This document shows, piece after piece, positions 1 through 13,517 of a stretch of DNA of 64,000 bases. The notes beneath the pieces are model-generated. The model was not told where the DNA came from. It did not search any database and worked only from the letters and a program-made list of their open reading frames with translations. How positions within the stretch are numbered: position 1 is the first letter of the stretch; every line of letters starts with the position of its first letter. The translations under genes were made by a program, and so were the position numbers. Source of the DNA: Lytechinus pictus (taxonomy: Eukaryota); the NCBI RefSeq assembly GCF_037042905.1, contig NC_087263.1, forward strand, positions 12,340,001 through 12,404,000. The letters run 5' to 3'.

Positions 1-485
1 TAGAAGTTACAAATTGATGCACATGCAGGTTCGAGGTTCGAGCACTAGTCACGTCTTTCGGATTGTAACGTTAACGGCCGGTTTCAGAAGTAAATTACCG
101 TACCTGAGTGATACATGCCTGACAAAAAACCCAACTGCCTGCACACACACCCTCCCTCTCACACACATGTCTCCCTCTTGTCCCCTACTCAACCCCTTTC
201 ACTCTTTCTCCCTCTCTGTCCATCTCACTTTCTCATTTTCTTTTCGAACTCTGTCCATCTCTATCTCCTTACCGTCATGTTTGCTTCTTGCATTCACATA
301 AAGCTACGCTTCCATCCCTATCGAATTAACTCACATCTTACAAACCGGCTGTTGCACCACAGAAATTCAACCACGTCGGGTCACACCCAACATAAATATA
401 AACACATTTCACCTGAATTATTATTACCTTCAAAAGAAACCAAATTTCTGTATATAGCTTGAATGCCCAATGTGGTCTTGGTCTT

Positions 486-669
486 TAGTCTGCAGGCACA
501 GACCCTGATTGAAAATTTGATCAGCAAGTGTGTCTCCACGCAAAGACTAGCACATACAAAACTTGCTGTTTCAATTCAATTCTGAGCGAGAGGGTCTTCA
601 GTACACAAGGCATGAGTAGGCTGCACATTCAGACCCTTAACTCGAGTGAAGGGTTTGCACAGCAGACTA
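486..669. mobile_element. Non-autonomous DNA transposon with TAG...CTA termini and 9-10 bp TSD (AcademH-like MITE), copy 1
   Basis: TIR TAGTCTGC/GCAGACTA; flanks tcttggtctt (476-485) and tcttggtctc (670-679); same sequence recurs at 30042-30350, 30153-30276 and, more degraded, at 33749-33934. Confidence 0.75.
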
Positions 670-699
670 TCTTGGTCTCGGCATAACTACAGGTTCTTT

Positions 700-895
700 T
701 TTTTTTGGTAAATGCCGCTGCCCACCTGTTGCTGGAGGCATTATTTTTTCATATTGTCCGTCCGTCTCTCTGTCCGTCCAGTGTTCGTTCTGGCGATATG
801 AACTAAAGAACCATTTGATGGTTTCAATTCAACTTTAGCTCATTCAGGCATATGCGTAATCAAGCCGGGTTGATCTGTTTAGAATTAGGGTCATT
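700..895 (+). mobile_element. DINE-1/Helentron-like non-autonomous element fragment
   Basis: Follows a poly-T run; short subterminal inverted motif (atgcc...ggaggcatta), then a (GTCC)n/(GTCT)n microsatellite and a 'gatggtttcaattcaactt' core, the typical DINE/HINE layout. Confidence 0.5.
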
Positions 896-1220
896 AAACG
901 TCGTTTAAGTACGTCACTCTATCAACTATTGTTTAAAATTTTCAACAATTGTTTAAACCTTTGCTCAAAAGTTTAAACAACGTTTTTACAGTGTACAGAA
1001 TTTCATGTGCTTTGGCGGAGATGGAGATAGGAAATGAGAGTTATTGCTCATCAATTTTGATGATTCTGATAACTCACAGTATACACTCAACGAGTTCATC
1101 CATGCAATTTAATGAACATTCCCCAAAAGCAAAGTGATTGCGAAGTGTGTGGGTATATATATATATAATTTCCTATGATTTTTCTTTATAAAAATGTGGA
1201 TTCTATGTGCAAGCGAATTT

Positions 1221-1301
1221 AGTAGCAGCAGTAGTAGAAGTAGTAGCAGTAGTAGTAGTAGCAGCAGCAGCAGTAGCAGCAGCAGTAGTAGTAGTAGTAG
1301 T

Positions 1302-1374
<73 letters not shown>

Positions 1375-1388
1375 TAGTAGTAGTGTAG
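1221..1388. repeat. Compound (AGT)n/(AGC)n microsatellite
   Basis: Seen directly; produces the poly-Ser and poly-Tyr/Cys pseudo-ORFs. Confidence 0.97.
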
Positions 1389-1573
1389 TCTGATGGTGAT
1401 GAAGGCTCATGAAAGAGATTGGATGATATAGAGGGAGAGAGGCAGAAAAAGAGAGAGAGAGAGAGAGAGAGGGAGAAAAATAAATAGTGAAATTACAATA
1501 AAAATCTTCTTGAATTGACAATAATAGTATACCAGGAATTTGTAGAGCCCAATGATTTGCACATCCTTACATG

Positions 1574-1676
1574 TTCTTTATTTTTGCTTTTATTTTCTTT
1601 TCTTTCTCTATATACAGGTAAGTCATTATGCCAAAGTCAAGCTTTGCTCAACTTTTCTGTCGAAAGTAAGGTAAAT
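1574..1676 (+). other. Candidate recursive splice site (AG|GT ratchet point) with cryptic RS-exon, site 1
   Basis: ~40-nt pyrimidine tract, then tataCAG|GTAAGT (junction 1617/1618); downstream donors AAA|GTAAGG (1666) and AAG|GTAAAT (1671). Confidence 0.5.
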
Positions 1677-1723
1677 ATAATATCATTACAAATGATGGTA
1701 ATCGATTACCGTTGCGTGACATA

Positions 1724-2387
1724 CCGTCTGCGGTCTTCCGAACCGTCGTATCACACACACGACGGTGCAAACCCATTTCAGAGAAAATCGATTTCAAAGT
1801 TTACTATAATTTTCACATCTAGTTCCCCAGCCGTAAAACCTATTAATTACTCGAAAAATACATGGTTGGAAAGACCAAGACAATGCTTGACAATCGTATC
1901 CTTATTTTTACACAAAAGCAAGGATCAAAGAAAATATCGGAAAAGAGCTTCATGCTTGTAATTTCGGTTTGAGCGGTTTAGATTTCCCCCGTACAAAAAC
2001 GCCATAGGGAATTCAACAACCCTGACCGCGATTTCAATGCGCGCGGTCAGTCAAAACGTCGTATCGCTTTTCACGTGCAAAGTCAATGCAGTGCAGGTGG
2101 CCGATACGACAGTTTGGCTGACCGCGCGCATTGAAATCGCGGTCAGTCAAAACGTCGTATCGCTCTGTTACGGTACACGTTTCCAATGGGATTTTCGCAT
2201 TTTATTCAAAAAAAATATATGGAATCGCCGCGAAAATCATCTCATATCTCAGAAAATAAAATAAATTTCTTCCTAGAAATTTAGTTATGCATAGAGTAGG
2301 ACTTTTACTTTTATTTTCTGCAGAAATCTCAAAATCGATTTTTTGACCAAAATTTACTGATACGACGGTTCGGATGGCCGCCGACGA
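1724..2387. mobile_element. MITE with ~30-bp imperfect TIRs, TA flanks and an internal ~45-bp inverted repeat
   Basis: Left ccgtctgcggtcttccgaaccgtcgtatca vs right (revcomp) tcgtcggcggccatccgaaccgtcgtatca; TA on both sides; internal IR ~2023-2066 / ~2102-2145. Confidence 0.8.
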
Positions 2388-3547
2388 TACTATAAAACGG
2401 TGATATGGATTCCAATCAAATGGCTGAAATGGATCATGTGACCAGTCCTTAATTTTAATTAATGGCTAATTCTTGACCGGTCATGGGTTTATGTGAGTCT
2501 ATCGAATAACAAAAGTTCGCATCATTATCTTATTAAATATATAATACACATATTAAGAATACTTCCAAACAATTACGATCGAGAAGTAAGGAGCAATTAG
2601 CGTTAGTTTAAGTTTCAATTGGTATTATTGTGGTTTACCTCATAAGTTGAGTTAATGGGATCATATTATTGGCAGTATAACGTTAACGTGGTCATATACC
2701 TACATCATGATGCACAAAAGCGTGTCCCAGACCACATTCGCCCACTGCAATCATATATACATGATCTAGCGTGCATACTTATGCAAAAAATTATGTGCCA
2801 TTGTACCCTCAATGACGTTACGGGGTCACTTGGTTAAGTTGGGAAACCGTGGGGATGCCCCAATATAGACTCAATCATACCGTATTTTCGGATTTGGTCT
2901 ATCATGACAGCCGTTTCGGAACATTAGGCGTTTCATTCTTGGCTATTAACCATTTGTTGCCATTTTGCACATTAGTACAATTAAATTTAACAATCATAAT
3001 AATTAGTTCCCCCTACCTTCAAATTAGAAAAGACAATAAAAGGCAACAGTTCTTGAATGACATCTATACAATAATAATAAGTATCAATGGTGCAATGTGG
3101 AAATTTTGAATTAAAGAAAATAACATGGAAACAATTGTCATTATTATCCCCCCTAAATTAATTCAGCGTGCAAAGCGTTAAAAGGACTGTTGTTTTAGCG
3201 AGGCAAGCTCGGTAGTCATAACGTGAAACCAAGTTCGTTCATATTTTCGAAGGTCCGCTTGTCATAATAATTGTGGAAAGTGCACACCATTCATTAAAGT
3301 ATAGATAAAGACTATTATTCATATGAAAGTTCCTCTTATCACAATTAAATTGAGATTCATAAATCTAATCATTATTTGATAATGTGAAACGGGGTTCTTA
3401 TTCATTAAACTGATGAAGGATTATTAATCATGATATACCGTACATTAAGGGTCGCTGATTATGGGGACAACCATTCGTCATCGATGAAGTAGTCACTATT
3501 GTACTGTATTGTAGAAAAGGTCTATCCATTCATACAGGGAAACAGTG

Positions 3548-3782
3548 CACTCTAAAAAATATTGGGTAAAATGCTCCATGAGGGTAACTGTGTGTCCAAC
3601 TAACATTGGGCTTTTCTTTTGGGCATTTTAATTTATCCAGTGTGATGAAAATTTTGCCCATTCTAAAGTAATTGCTGCCTGGACAATATGCTTCCCACAT
3701 TGGGTGAAATACTGCCCCAAATTGTTTGTACTCATAATTACCCTCGTGTTGGTAAAAAAATTACCCAATATTTTTTACAGTG
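3548..3782. mobile_element. CACT-terminal MITE with 2-bp TSD (EnSpm/CACTA-like), copy 1
   Basis: TIR cactctaaaaaatattgggtaa / ttacccaatattttttacagtg; TG on both flanks; second copy at 42835-43053. Confidence 0.85.
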
Positions 3783-4189
3783 TGGTCGTTAATCATAATC
3801 AAATGAGAGGTTTCCTATAGTCGTAATGTTAGAAGGGGTCGTTATAGTTTGAAGGGAGATTGAATGGAATTCAAAATCAGTTTAAACTAATGTTAATTTT
3901 TAAGCACCCAAATATATATTTTAATCCATTTGTTTGTTTGTTTGTTGGTTTTTTAGAATTGGGATCATTTTATTTTATTGTGACATGCAAGGTAATTCAA
4001 TTATGAATAATGAACTTTTGTCCATTGGGAAGTACGGGCCTCTAATTTGATTACGAATAGCGAAATATAGGCTATATACTGAAAATTATAAATCTGGGAC
4101 TTGTTTTCCAGTACCGTGATTCTAGATTCATGATTATCAATCCCCTTTCCGTATTATGTCGAGCGATGCTGGATTAAAAAATACGAGTG

Positions 4190-4386
4190 TCACGCAGTGT
4201 GATCACAGTGTGTTCACATAGTGTACCATGTGAAAATAACTTTCACACTGTTATTTTCACACTGTGGACACTTCGATAGTGTGAATGTTCACAGTGTGTT
4301 CACATGGTCGACTATGGGAATATGTGTCCCACACTGTGAACACACGTTGGCACCCACTGTGGGACACTGTCTTCTTTTTAGTAGGG
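4190..4386. mobile_element. Partial MITE rich in CACAGTGTGTT units (related to 16762-17320)
   Basis: Repeated cacagtgtg/cacactgtg units, ending in cttctttttagtaggg. Confidence 0.55.
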
Positions 4387-4454
4387 AGCATCTCTTCCAT
4401 TATGAATAGCGACCCCACATCCTTATGAGTAGTGGCCATTGTCCAAAGTGATTA

Positions 4455-4761
4455 AATTAATAATAATAATTATGATAATAATAATAGGCATTTATATAGC
4501 GCCATCTATCTAGAAATATTCTATTCCGAGGCGCGTTCTTCTTATTATTATTATTACCCCGGCTTTAGCTCGAGCTGCCTTTCAGCGCTCATGCATTCAA
4601 GGGAATATTCCTGCCGGGTACCCATTCTCCTCACCTGGGTTGAGTGCAGCAAAATGTGGATTAATTTCTTGCTGAAGGAAATTACGCCATGGCTGGGATT
4701 CGAACCCCATGACTCTCTGTTTCAAAGTCAGAAGACTAATCCACTGGGCCACAACGCTCCA
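4455..4761 (-). mobile_element. tRNA-derived SINE (family A) with L2-like 3' tail
   Basis: Minus strand: A box TGGCCCAGTGG, B box GGTTCGAATCCC, central ctgcactcaacccaggtgag...aatgggtacccggc, then gcgctatataaat + (TAT)n tail; homologous copies at 13228, 19166 and 30471. Confidence 0.9.
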
Positions 4762-5040
4762 TGATATTATGAATGGCGGTTCTCATGTCTAGCGAGTGAA
4801 CCACGTACACCCGCAGTGGTCACATCCTTCCTATCAGCAAAATAATCTTAATACGTAACCCTAATGATGTCATCAAGTCTCTCCATACCGCTTACCATCC
4901 TCTCTGCACAGTGGAAACATATTCTGTTTGTTGTGCAATCGACTTTCGTTCAATTTCCGGTTTTTTAAGAATGATGGACTTACCCTTTCTTTCTCGTTCC
5001 CACTAAGCCTCTTGACTCAGTTTGTATACGCGTTATTGAT

Positions 5041-5054
5041 GTTGCCATAGCAAC
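5041..5054. promoter_or_regulatory. RFX X-box motif GTTGCCATAGCAAC
   Basis: Match to the RFX palindromic consensus in non-repeat DNA; function unproven. Confidence 0.45.
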
Positions 5055-6144
5055 CCCTCTGTTTGACTTTAGTCTGGTCTGATTTAGAGTGGGGGTAATT
5101 ACCGATGTCCCGGATCTTGTGATCAAACGGTTTGCACTGTAAGAGTTCTCGAAAAAGCATGATTTATTAGAGGAGAAAACAGCTGTGTTAACTGCCGGAT
5201 AAAACGCTTACTTTTCCATCTGTACATATCCCATAGACGCCATCGATATCAACCAACTTGATCGATCGTTTAGAACAGGGAGATAAATCTTCACTTTTCC
5301 CTCCCAAAAATTGATTTTGTTGTTTAAGGGTCTATGTACTTCTTGTGTGTAAGGAGAGACATTCGCTAAATTTGTTCTTAAGTAAAAGCAGCATATTAAA
5401 ACAAACCAACAACACACACGAAGAAGTGAGAGTAGACTATAATACGGTACATTTTTTTCAAGAAAATAGTTTCATCTTTTGGAGAAAAAAAATTGGCAAA
5501 GTGATTCTAGAAACGAACGAAAAACGTCTCTTCAACTTTTACATTCGTTTTTTTCCTATCTAGGCATTTTTAACCTCGGACATTTTCAGAATGCTTCTAT
5601 CACACACGCCCTTGACATTAGAAAGACTGATGTCATTGTATTTCCATAAATATACAATGTAGTTGTCATTTCACTGACAAAATTGAATAATGTTTACTAA
5701 TCAAAGCGTTAATAATCAAGATTGTAGCTGACAGCTGGAAATCATAACTGGTTTTTAGCGGTCGCAACTGGTTCCACTTGGTTGCAACTGGTTACAGCTG
5801 GCTACAACGTGCTGTTGGCTACAACCTGTCGCAATTGGTTCCAGTTTGTACCGTCTGGCATATCATGGACCTAAGGTCCATGGGCATATATAGGCTTATT
5901 TTTGTTTGTGATGCAACCTTTGGGGCGCGCCTATTTGGCAAATACATCGTTATGCGCTTGCGCGGAATAGCTACTCTTTGTTCCTCGCAATTTCATAACA
6001 GCATTTTGCTACAGTACATGTATGTGGCAGTTCCTTTAATGAAACTGATCTTGAAATTGTTACCTGTCTCCCCATTTCCTTCCTCGTCACCTATTCCATC
6101 TCCCATCCATTCTTTCTCCTCGATACCGAAGAATGGCTAGCCTC

Positions 6145-6158
6145 GTTGCCATGGCAAC
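6145..6158. promoter_or_regulatory. Perfect palindromic RFX X-box GTTGCCATGGCAAC
   Basis: Exact 14-bp RFX palindrome; function unproven. Confidence 0.5.
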
Positions 6159-7828
6159 CGGGTGCTCCATACCTCATGTCTCAATGTCTCCGAGATGGGC
6201 CAAGCCTATTTAATTGCCTTCATTTTTTTTTCATCTGCCAGCGAGAGAAAGCGAGTCTGAGATTGGGAATGAAGCTTCGCTCGCAAAAGCTTTTTTTTGT
6301 TAGGAAGGCCGAGTAATGCCGAGGAGATAATAATGGATTCTTGGTAATATAACAAATACTAAAAAACAAAAACAAAAACAAGGCTGAGCAAAAGTGGGAG
6401 ATTTTCTGCAATGATTCGTTGCATTTTGAGGCATTAAATGGGGGGGGGGGATACGAATTTAGATATCTACTTGCCTTTGAATAAAACTATTTGTGTGCAT
6501 TTTGAAAAGGATAAGGTCTGTGAAAGTGTGAAATCTTTGAAATTTCTTTCTACTTTTTCAAAACTGACACATACTTAAACGTTTTTTTTACATTTGATTC
6601 TAGCTGCTTGAAATAAAGCTATGTGGAACATTGTCGTATTATTTTCATTCATTTAAACAGAAACTGAAAGAAAAACTACGATAAGAAGGGGGTTTATTTA
6701 CTGTTAATTTCTAAATGATCTTGAAAATTTTATTTGGAAAGTGGGAGCAGTGGGGCATCGGCCATCTTCCCCTTTAACAAAGTATAATCAGACAATCTCC
6801 AGTTCTATTGGACAAAAAAGGAAAAGAAAAAAAAAAACCCGGATATTTTCTATGACGCCTAATTAGCTGGAGCATACTTGGTCAATATTTGATCTACATG
6901 AGTAACCGATCAAATCAGATTGAAATGAGACGGCTTCTTCTGATCCGATGACGGGTGTAATAATTCGTGTTTGAAGCTTTGTCATCGCGATGTATTACAC
7001 CCCATTGCATTGCAGTTTACACAGAAAAACGGGTGTTAACCGGCTTACGTAAAGAACCACGACAGTTCATTTTATTCCGGTGTTTAATTTGCAGTGTTAC
7101 ACTCTAAATTACAGAGATTTTAAAAATCCAAGTGGACTGTAGTTAGGAACCAATCGAATTCTGGATTTAGTTAAAAAAAAAAAAATTAAATCTCAAGGGA
7201 TTTGAATTTAAATAATTTGAGATTTAAAAATTAATCTGTAGGATTCAAACTAAATCCATAATTCGATTTATAGTGTAGTTCAACACCAATGTTTTTTTTT
7301 TACTCTCGGCAGTTATTTTCAATTCTTAAGGTTTTATTACAAGACCTCAGGGTGAAGTTCAAGTACTCTATCACAATTAAATATATATATATATATAATA
7401 TATATTTCGATAGTTTCGGCTATATTACCCTATTTATTGTTGTATTCTCCAATTAAACTCGCAAATATACTGTAAAAAACGACTAACGTACTTCTAATAT
7501 AAACTAACTTTTCGGCATTAAAAAAATCATAAAAATTCCAAACTAGTGGCCCCTAAGCACCATAATTGCCTTTCCATGATTAGAACATTTATTTCGTGTA
7601 ATGGGTTTCGAGATCTCTGCAATTTTTTTGATTAATCGGTGGCATTAGTTTGGAAGCGACGAGGGTTGGACGGATCGTCGCTTTCCGAAATCATTAAAAC
7701 CGCCAGATTACACTTCGGTCCATCTATCAAGGGGGCCGGTTCCACAAAGAGGTGTAATCGAACGTAACTCCAGAAATCAAAACGCGGCTTGATTGTCAAC
7801 TTTACATTCATGCGCGTATAGTGTTCCG

Positions 7829-7985
7829 GGGCCCCGTAACACAAAGCTTAACGATGGATAGCAAATATAAAAGAATACTCCTAATTGGTTGCTGGTAAGA
7901 ATTTTGAACTAAATACGTGTGTATCATTGATGTTGATTGGTCAGTCCATCAGCGATTGATCGCTAATCTTTGTGTTACGGAGCCC
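7829..7985. mobile_element. Short PIF/Harbinger-like MITE
   Basis: TIR gggccccgtaacacaaagcttaacgat / atcgctaatctttgtgttacggagccc; termini related to 44563-44834. Confidence 0.75.
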
Positions 7986-8078
7986 TGGAGTTTGATTTTT
8001 TTTATTTGCGTTTATAAACATAGAGTTTTCCGTAACTGACTCCGTGGAGGTGTTTAACAAAAAGTTAAGTGAGACTTA

Positions 8079-8339
8079 GGGGGTGTTGCACGAAAATATT
8101 TGCATTCGATTGCAAATGTTATGTTCTTTTCTGCGTGCAAATCAGACTTGCGTGCGGTTCTGCGGACATCTGTGTGTGAGATGCATGCGAGTTACTGCAT
8201 GTCAATGCGGGCGACATGCGGGTAGCAAAATTAGTCATCCGGAAGTCACACGCAAGACTTGCACGGAACGATGTGACATGGCCTTCAGAAGGAACCGAAA
8301 ATTGATGTGCAATCGATCGCAAATATCTTGCAATGCCCC
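8079..8339. mobile_element. PIF/Harbinger-like MITE
   Basis: TIR ggggtgttgca...atatttgcattcgattgca vs revcomp of right end ggggcattgcaagatatttgcgatcgattgca. Confidence 0.65.
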
Positions 8340-8746
8340 ATCATGCTTAAATTCTGACGCGCACACGATATGCAACGCGCAATCTCATTGATCAATACGC
8401 GGCAACGCGCGTCCTCTTAGCCTGATTTGACCAATCCCGTGACGCCTTTTATACCGCTCGCAACTGGGAATTTAAGCGCGACTCTGAGTCACACTTGTCT
8501 ATTTGTGAAACAGCCCCCCGATCTTGTGGATAAGAGCGGTAAGCAGCTGAGGTGTGGGAATGATGGATTTTTAGACCCATTAGACTGGGGGTGTTATGGA
8601 GTGGCTTGATGGATCGGGCGAGTGGATAATAAAATGCGAGGTTGATTTTCTTTCCTGATATGAATCGGTCTCAAAGATAAAGTAGTTCAGCTTGGGCCAT
8701 TATGTTGAATACTTGAAGAAAGTGTCTGAAACTGATTATGAAAGGT

Positions 8747-8748
<2 letters not shown>

Positions 8749-8793
<45 letters not shown>
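8749..8793. repeat. (TA)n microsatellite
   Basis: Seen directly. Confidence 0.97.
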
Positions 8794-8797
<4 letters not shown>

Positions 8798-10271
8798 CAA
8801 CAGAATAAACGATGAATATCCGAGTAATATTTTACTTTTACTAGTTTCTTTTAAACTTCAGAAAGATTAAAAGAAAGAAATATTACTTTCTATAGAATAA
8901 AATAAACTAAAAGTGGCATATTCTTCGGCTATTCTTTGTTTATTTCGTTGATTTTTTTTTCTATCCTTGACGGTGAGCATATTCAATTTTTTGTATATAT
9001 TTATATATATGGGACTACACATACACACACACACACCCACACTCACCCCCACAAATCTGCTCCTTTTAATTTAGCAATATGAATATAATGTCATTATTTT
9101 TTAGATTTCGTTTTTCATGAGCTTTACTAATAATTGATGAAATCATATTTTTGAATAGACCTTATCATAGGAGAAAAATAGAAACTAACTTTAATAAGCA
9201 GGGATTGCTGAAGAAAGAAGGAAGAGGATTATCAATATTAGAGAGATCTGGGTCGTGACATTCCTTATTACCCTTTTTACTCAATTGAGAAAGAAAAAAA
9301 AACGTCATTATTAGGTCATCCTGCCCCGACCTATCAAAATGCACTTGCAACGTCCCTGCCAAGTGAATAAATAAATAAATAGTGGGTCTAAGTCATTATT
9401 ATTCATTTTGACCTGGTATTTATATATACATTCTAACGATAGGTTTGCAACAATATTTTTGTTATATTTGGCGTTCCATAGTTGAGCGTGTCGCGTTTAA
9501 TTCGCCCCTGCGTATATTTTTTTCTTTCTTTTTTAGGGGAGGGGGGGGGGGGTGGGCTACAATCGACTGGTTAAAAAATACACTGTAATGTTATATTTAA
9601 TTCCTGCTGTCCATATTTGAGTCCCCAAACTCTACAATTTTAAGTCGTATCATGCATGTTAAATGAGTGAAATGATATCAACCGTTGCTTATGCCACGCA
9701 ATATTGAGTGAAAAATTACCCATTTACGCATGCATGCTTCTTATTTCATATTTTGCATCCTTTTCTTTCCTCATACCGAATACATTTTTACTCAATCGTT
9801 TTCAGTTTTGGAGTGTATAGCCCAAGTGACCTTCATACATTGTTTATGCAATCGCATTATATATTCTGCTTTTCATAGACAAAAAATGAATATATGAAAA
9901 CAAAATCAATGCCCCTATTTTTTCTCCGAGTGCACTTATATATTACGCAGTGCTGGGACTCCCCGTATGTATTGATTAGTGCTTAGACGTGTATTGATTT
10001 TGTGCGGTAATTAGTTGCGCTGTTAAGCACGCGGACGACCCTTTCAGCTAGATGCTATTTGGACTTTTAAATTGCAAAAGAAAAAAATGTCTCTTGCTGC
10101 TGTCCGGGGTTTTTTAATTTACATTTAATGGGAACATTTTTATGAGTGCTTTGTTGTATAAAGTGACGGTAATTTTGCATTCATTTGATGTTTTAATGGG
10201 ATGTTAAAAAAGTTGCAGCTTGGGTGCTAAAAGCGAACAACATAATTGCAGGTACTTGAGAATGGCATTAA

Positions 10272-10767
10272 AGGGGAAGTTCACCCTGAAGAAAAGTTTG
10301 TTGTAAAAATAGCTGAAAAAATAATAAAAAATATTGGTGAAGGTTTTGAGAAAAATCGTTTAAAGATTAAGAAAGTTATTAGCATTTGGATTGGATTTGT
10401 GACGTCATAAACGAGCAGCTGCCCCATATGTTATGTAATATGAAATGCATAGGTTTCATTTTTCAATGGTTTCTGATGACTTATTTTTGTTTTCTTTTCA
10501 TGGTCAGGTGTGTAATTATTTGTCTATTGATATACAAAATGTATAGTAAAAACCATGTTTTATTTTCTGAGAAAATGACATTTTATTGATTTTGTTACCA
10601 TTAGCTACGGAGGAATGCTGCTCGCATATGTCGTCACAAATCAAATGGTTAAAATTGCAATAATTTTTTATTCTTTGATGGATTTTTCTTTAATCCTTCG
10701 GCAATATATCTCTTTAATTTTTCTGCTATTTTTACAATAAACTTTTCTGTCAGGGTGAACTCCCCCT
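10272..10767. mobile_element. Kolobok-like non-autonomous DNA transposon
   Basis: TTAA|aggggaagttcaccctga ... tcagggtgaactcccct|TGAA; long (~150 bp) imperfect TIRs; right TSD has one mismatch. Confidence 0.85.
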
Positions 10768-13227
10768 TGAAAGGTTTTAAATGAATATTGATTCGCACCA
10801 TTGATAGTTTTACAGGACAAGTGTCTCCGGCATTAAGATGGGTTTAACGGAGGTAGAACAAAAATAGAAACACAATATTTTTAATTTTAATGAGGTTAGC
10901 GAGAATCCGTCCAAAAGTAATATAAACGTTAAAGATCTTAAGTTTTCAATAAAGTAATGTCACATTCGAACGGCTTGATACGTCTTGTATTGAAATACAA
11001 ATCTAAGACATATTTTTTCTCACAAAATTTATAATGATTTGGTATGTGCCTTAAACTGACTTACATTTCATCACTTTTTTCATTACAATAACATAAATCT
11101 TTACACATTTAGCACAAAAAAGTGTAATTTTATATGTCGAATGGGTGAGTGGTGCGTATCTGACGTCAAACAATGAACAAATTATCACACCCCGTTATTC
11201 TTAATGCATTTTTGGTAAAATCATTATTATATTATCCTCTCATTTTTTCTCCTTATTTTTGTTACTTTAATGTAATCAAATTTGACATCGGGGTTGTTTT
11301 CCTGTTAAGAACATATTTTGGTTCAGGGTCCTTATTTCTTAAAACGTGAATTTCAGCAACATTACGATTATTGTTAAAATCTACTGAAATCGTTGTTTCT
11401 TATTGGCTGACATAGGATTTGTGCTACAGATGCTATATTTGTTTGAAACACAACCGAGATTTGGGAAGGTACTGAGTTAATATCTTCATAAGATATGAAC
11501 ATATTTACCAAAGAACACAAGGGCCTTGCTACATGGGAAGGGGGTGGGGCACCATCCCCCTTATGAAATTTCAAAATTTTTCTAGTAAAATATGGAAATG
11601 GGAAAGGAGAAAAAAAGGGAGAAGGGGGAGGCGAGACGGGGGGGGGGGGGGGGGGGGGTGAGAATTTCAAAAGGGGAGGTATGTAACTTTGCATTAACCG
11701 CTATTAGTAACCATTATTATTCAATTGAGAAAAAGAAATTGCATTGCATTTAGACCACCTTGCCCCCACCCCTTTGTGAAATTTCCTAGACATTTCCCTT
11801 GGTACTGCATCTCTCCCCTACCTAAGATAATAATTTCACTTTGATATATCGTAAATCAACACGTAATTACCATGGGTACGTGTTTAACAGGTATATTACG
11901 TAATAAATTTGTTCTTAGTCACTATGACACAGATCGATTAATTGTATACCTTGTATTATATACAAATAAATTGAGATCATAGAATTTTCGATCACCTTTA
12001 GTTCGCTTCAGCAGTCTACATTGATGAAGATAGTGGGTATTGTTTTTTCTTTGGTTGAGAGTGAAAAGCAGCATGTAAATCCCTAAGTAATATAAGCAAA
12101 TAAGAATTTGATTGTACTTAATCCCATGGGAAAGCAAACCTATTTTGGTATTTCTCAACGATACCCATTGCAAAACGTTTAAGTAATTGGATTTGCCAAG
12201 GATGAAATGGATGATGTTATTTTTGAACTATAATTACATTGAATAAGCCCATTGGAATGATTATAATTGAATGCTGAAAGAGCTATTTCTGTTCTTCCTG
12301 AAGGAGGCACAACTTTTTTTTTTTTACAAAAAATATTTCTAGAAAAGCAGCTAAAATCGATTTTTTACGTTTTAACTTTTGAAGCAACATCGTTTGTAAA
12401 GGAATTATCAAATAAAAAGGACATGTACGTAATTATTTATATTAAAATGAATCTTACAGCATTTAGATTATGTTACCCGATTGCATCATTTATCATTTAC
12501 ATTAATTTCAATTGAGCTTATTTCATATCAGAGATCAGTGTGGTCTTCGTGGGGCGACCGCTTTACATTTTTCAAGTTATGAAAAAAATTGAAAACAGGA
12601 AGAGTAAAAATCAAAGCAATAGAAGAAATGAGAATACATGTATTTGAAGGAGTGTGGTGGGTCGTGTAACTAGAATTCATATATTTTTAGTGAAAAAATG
12701 AGGACTGATTTTGCCCCACCCCCATATAGAAATACCCTATTGACGCCCATGAATCTACATGTAATTCACATTAAAATCAGTCCAGCCCAAGATTCAGAAA
12801 CCATTATGTTCTCCCTGGGGGCTACCAGATTTACAATTTTTTTTAAAGTAAACAAAAAAAAAGAACAAGAAGAGGAAAGAACAAAAAGATACAAGAAATG
12901 AGGGTTTTCTAGTGAGTGTGCTAGTAACTAAATACACATCTATTTGAATTGAAAAAAAAAAAAGACTGGAAATACCCTTTTGCCTCCAGAGCTGTACCAT
13001 ATGGTTTGGAGCCTATAGTGCAAACCAAAACATGTACTTCACGAGTTTGTACCGTCACGTTCCTTCGAGTGAAGTGTCGGCTAGGTGAGAGTGTCGGTGA
13101 CACTTGAACACAGCATGCCAGTTTACAGTAATCATGTATTAAAGGGCTCTGTCACACCAAGACAATTGTGCGTGCATAGTATGCATCGTATTTAGAAAAT
13201 ATTTTGATATTGGGGCTTTTAGCTTTG

Positions 13228-13517
13228 TGGGGGCGTTGTGGTCTAGTGGTTATGAGTCTCGTCTTTCAATCTGAAGGACGTGGGTTCGATTCCCAGACAT
13301 AGCGTGTTTTTCTTCAACAAGAAATTTACCCACATTGTGCTGCACTCAACCCAGGTGAGAGGAAGAAATCCTTCGAATGCCAGAGCGCCTGTAGGCAGCA
13401 CGGCTATAGCCGGGGTTATGATCATAATAATGATATAATTGTAATGCGTATTGTAATTTGACTAATACATAAAGAAATTGCGCAATAAAAAGGTACAATT
13501 ATTATTATCATTATTAT
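13228..13517 (+). mobile_element. tRNA-derived SINE (family A), diverged
   Basis: A box TGGTCTAGTGG, B box GGTTCGATTCCC, cacattgtgctgcactcaacccaggtgag core, (TAT)n tail. Confidence 0.85.
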
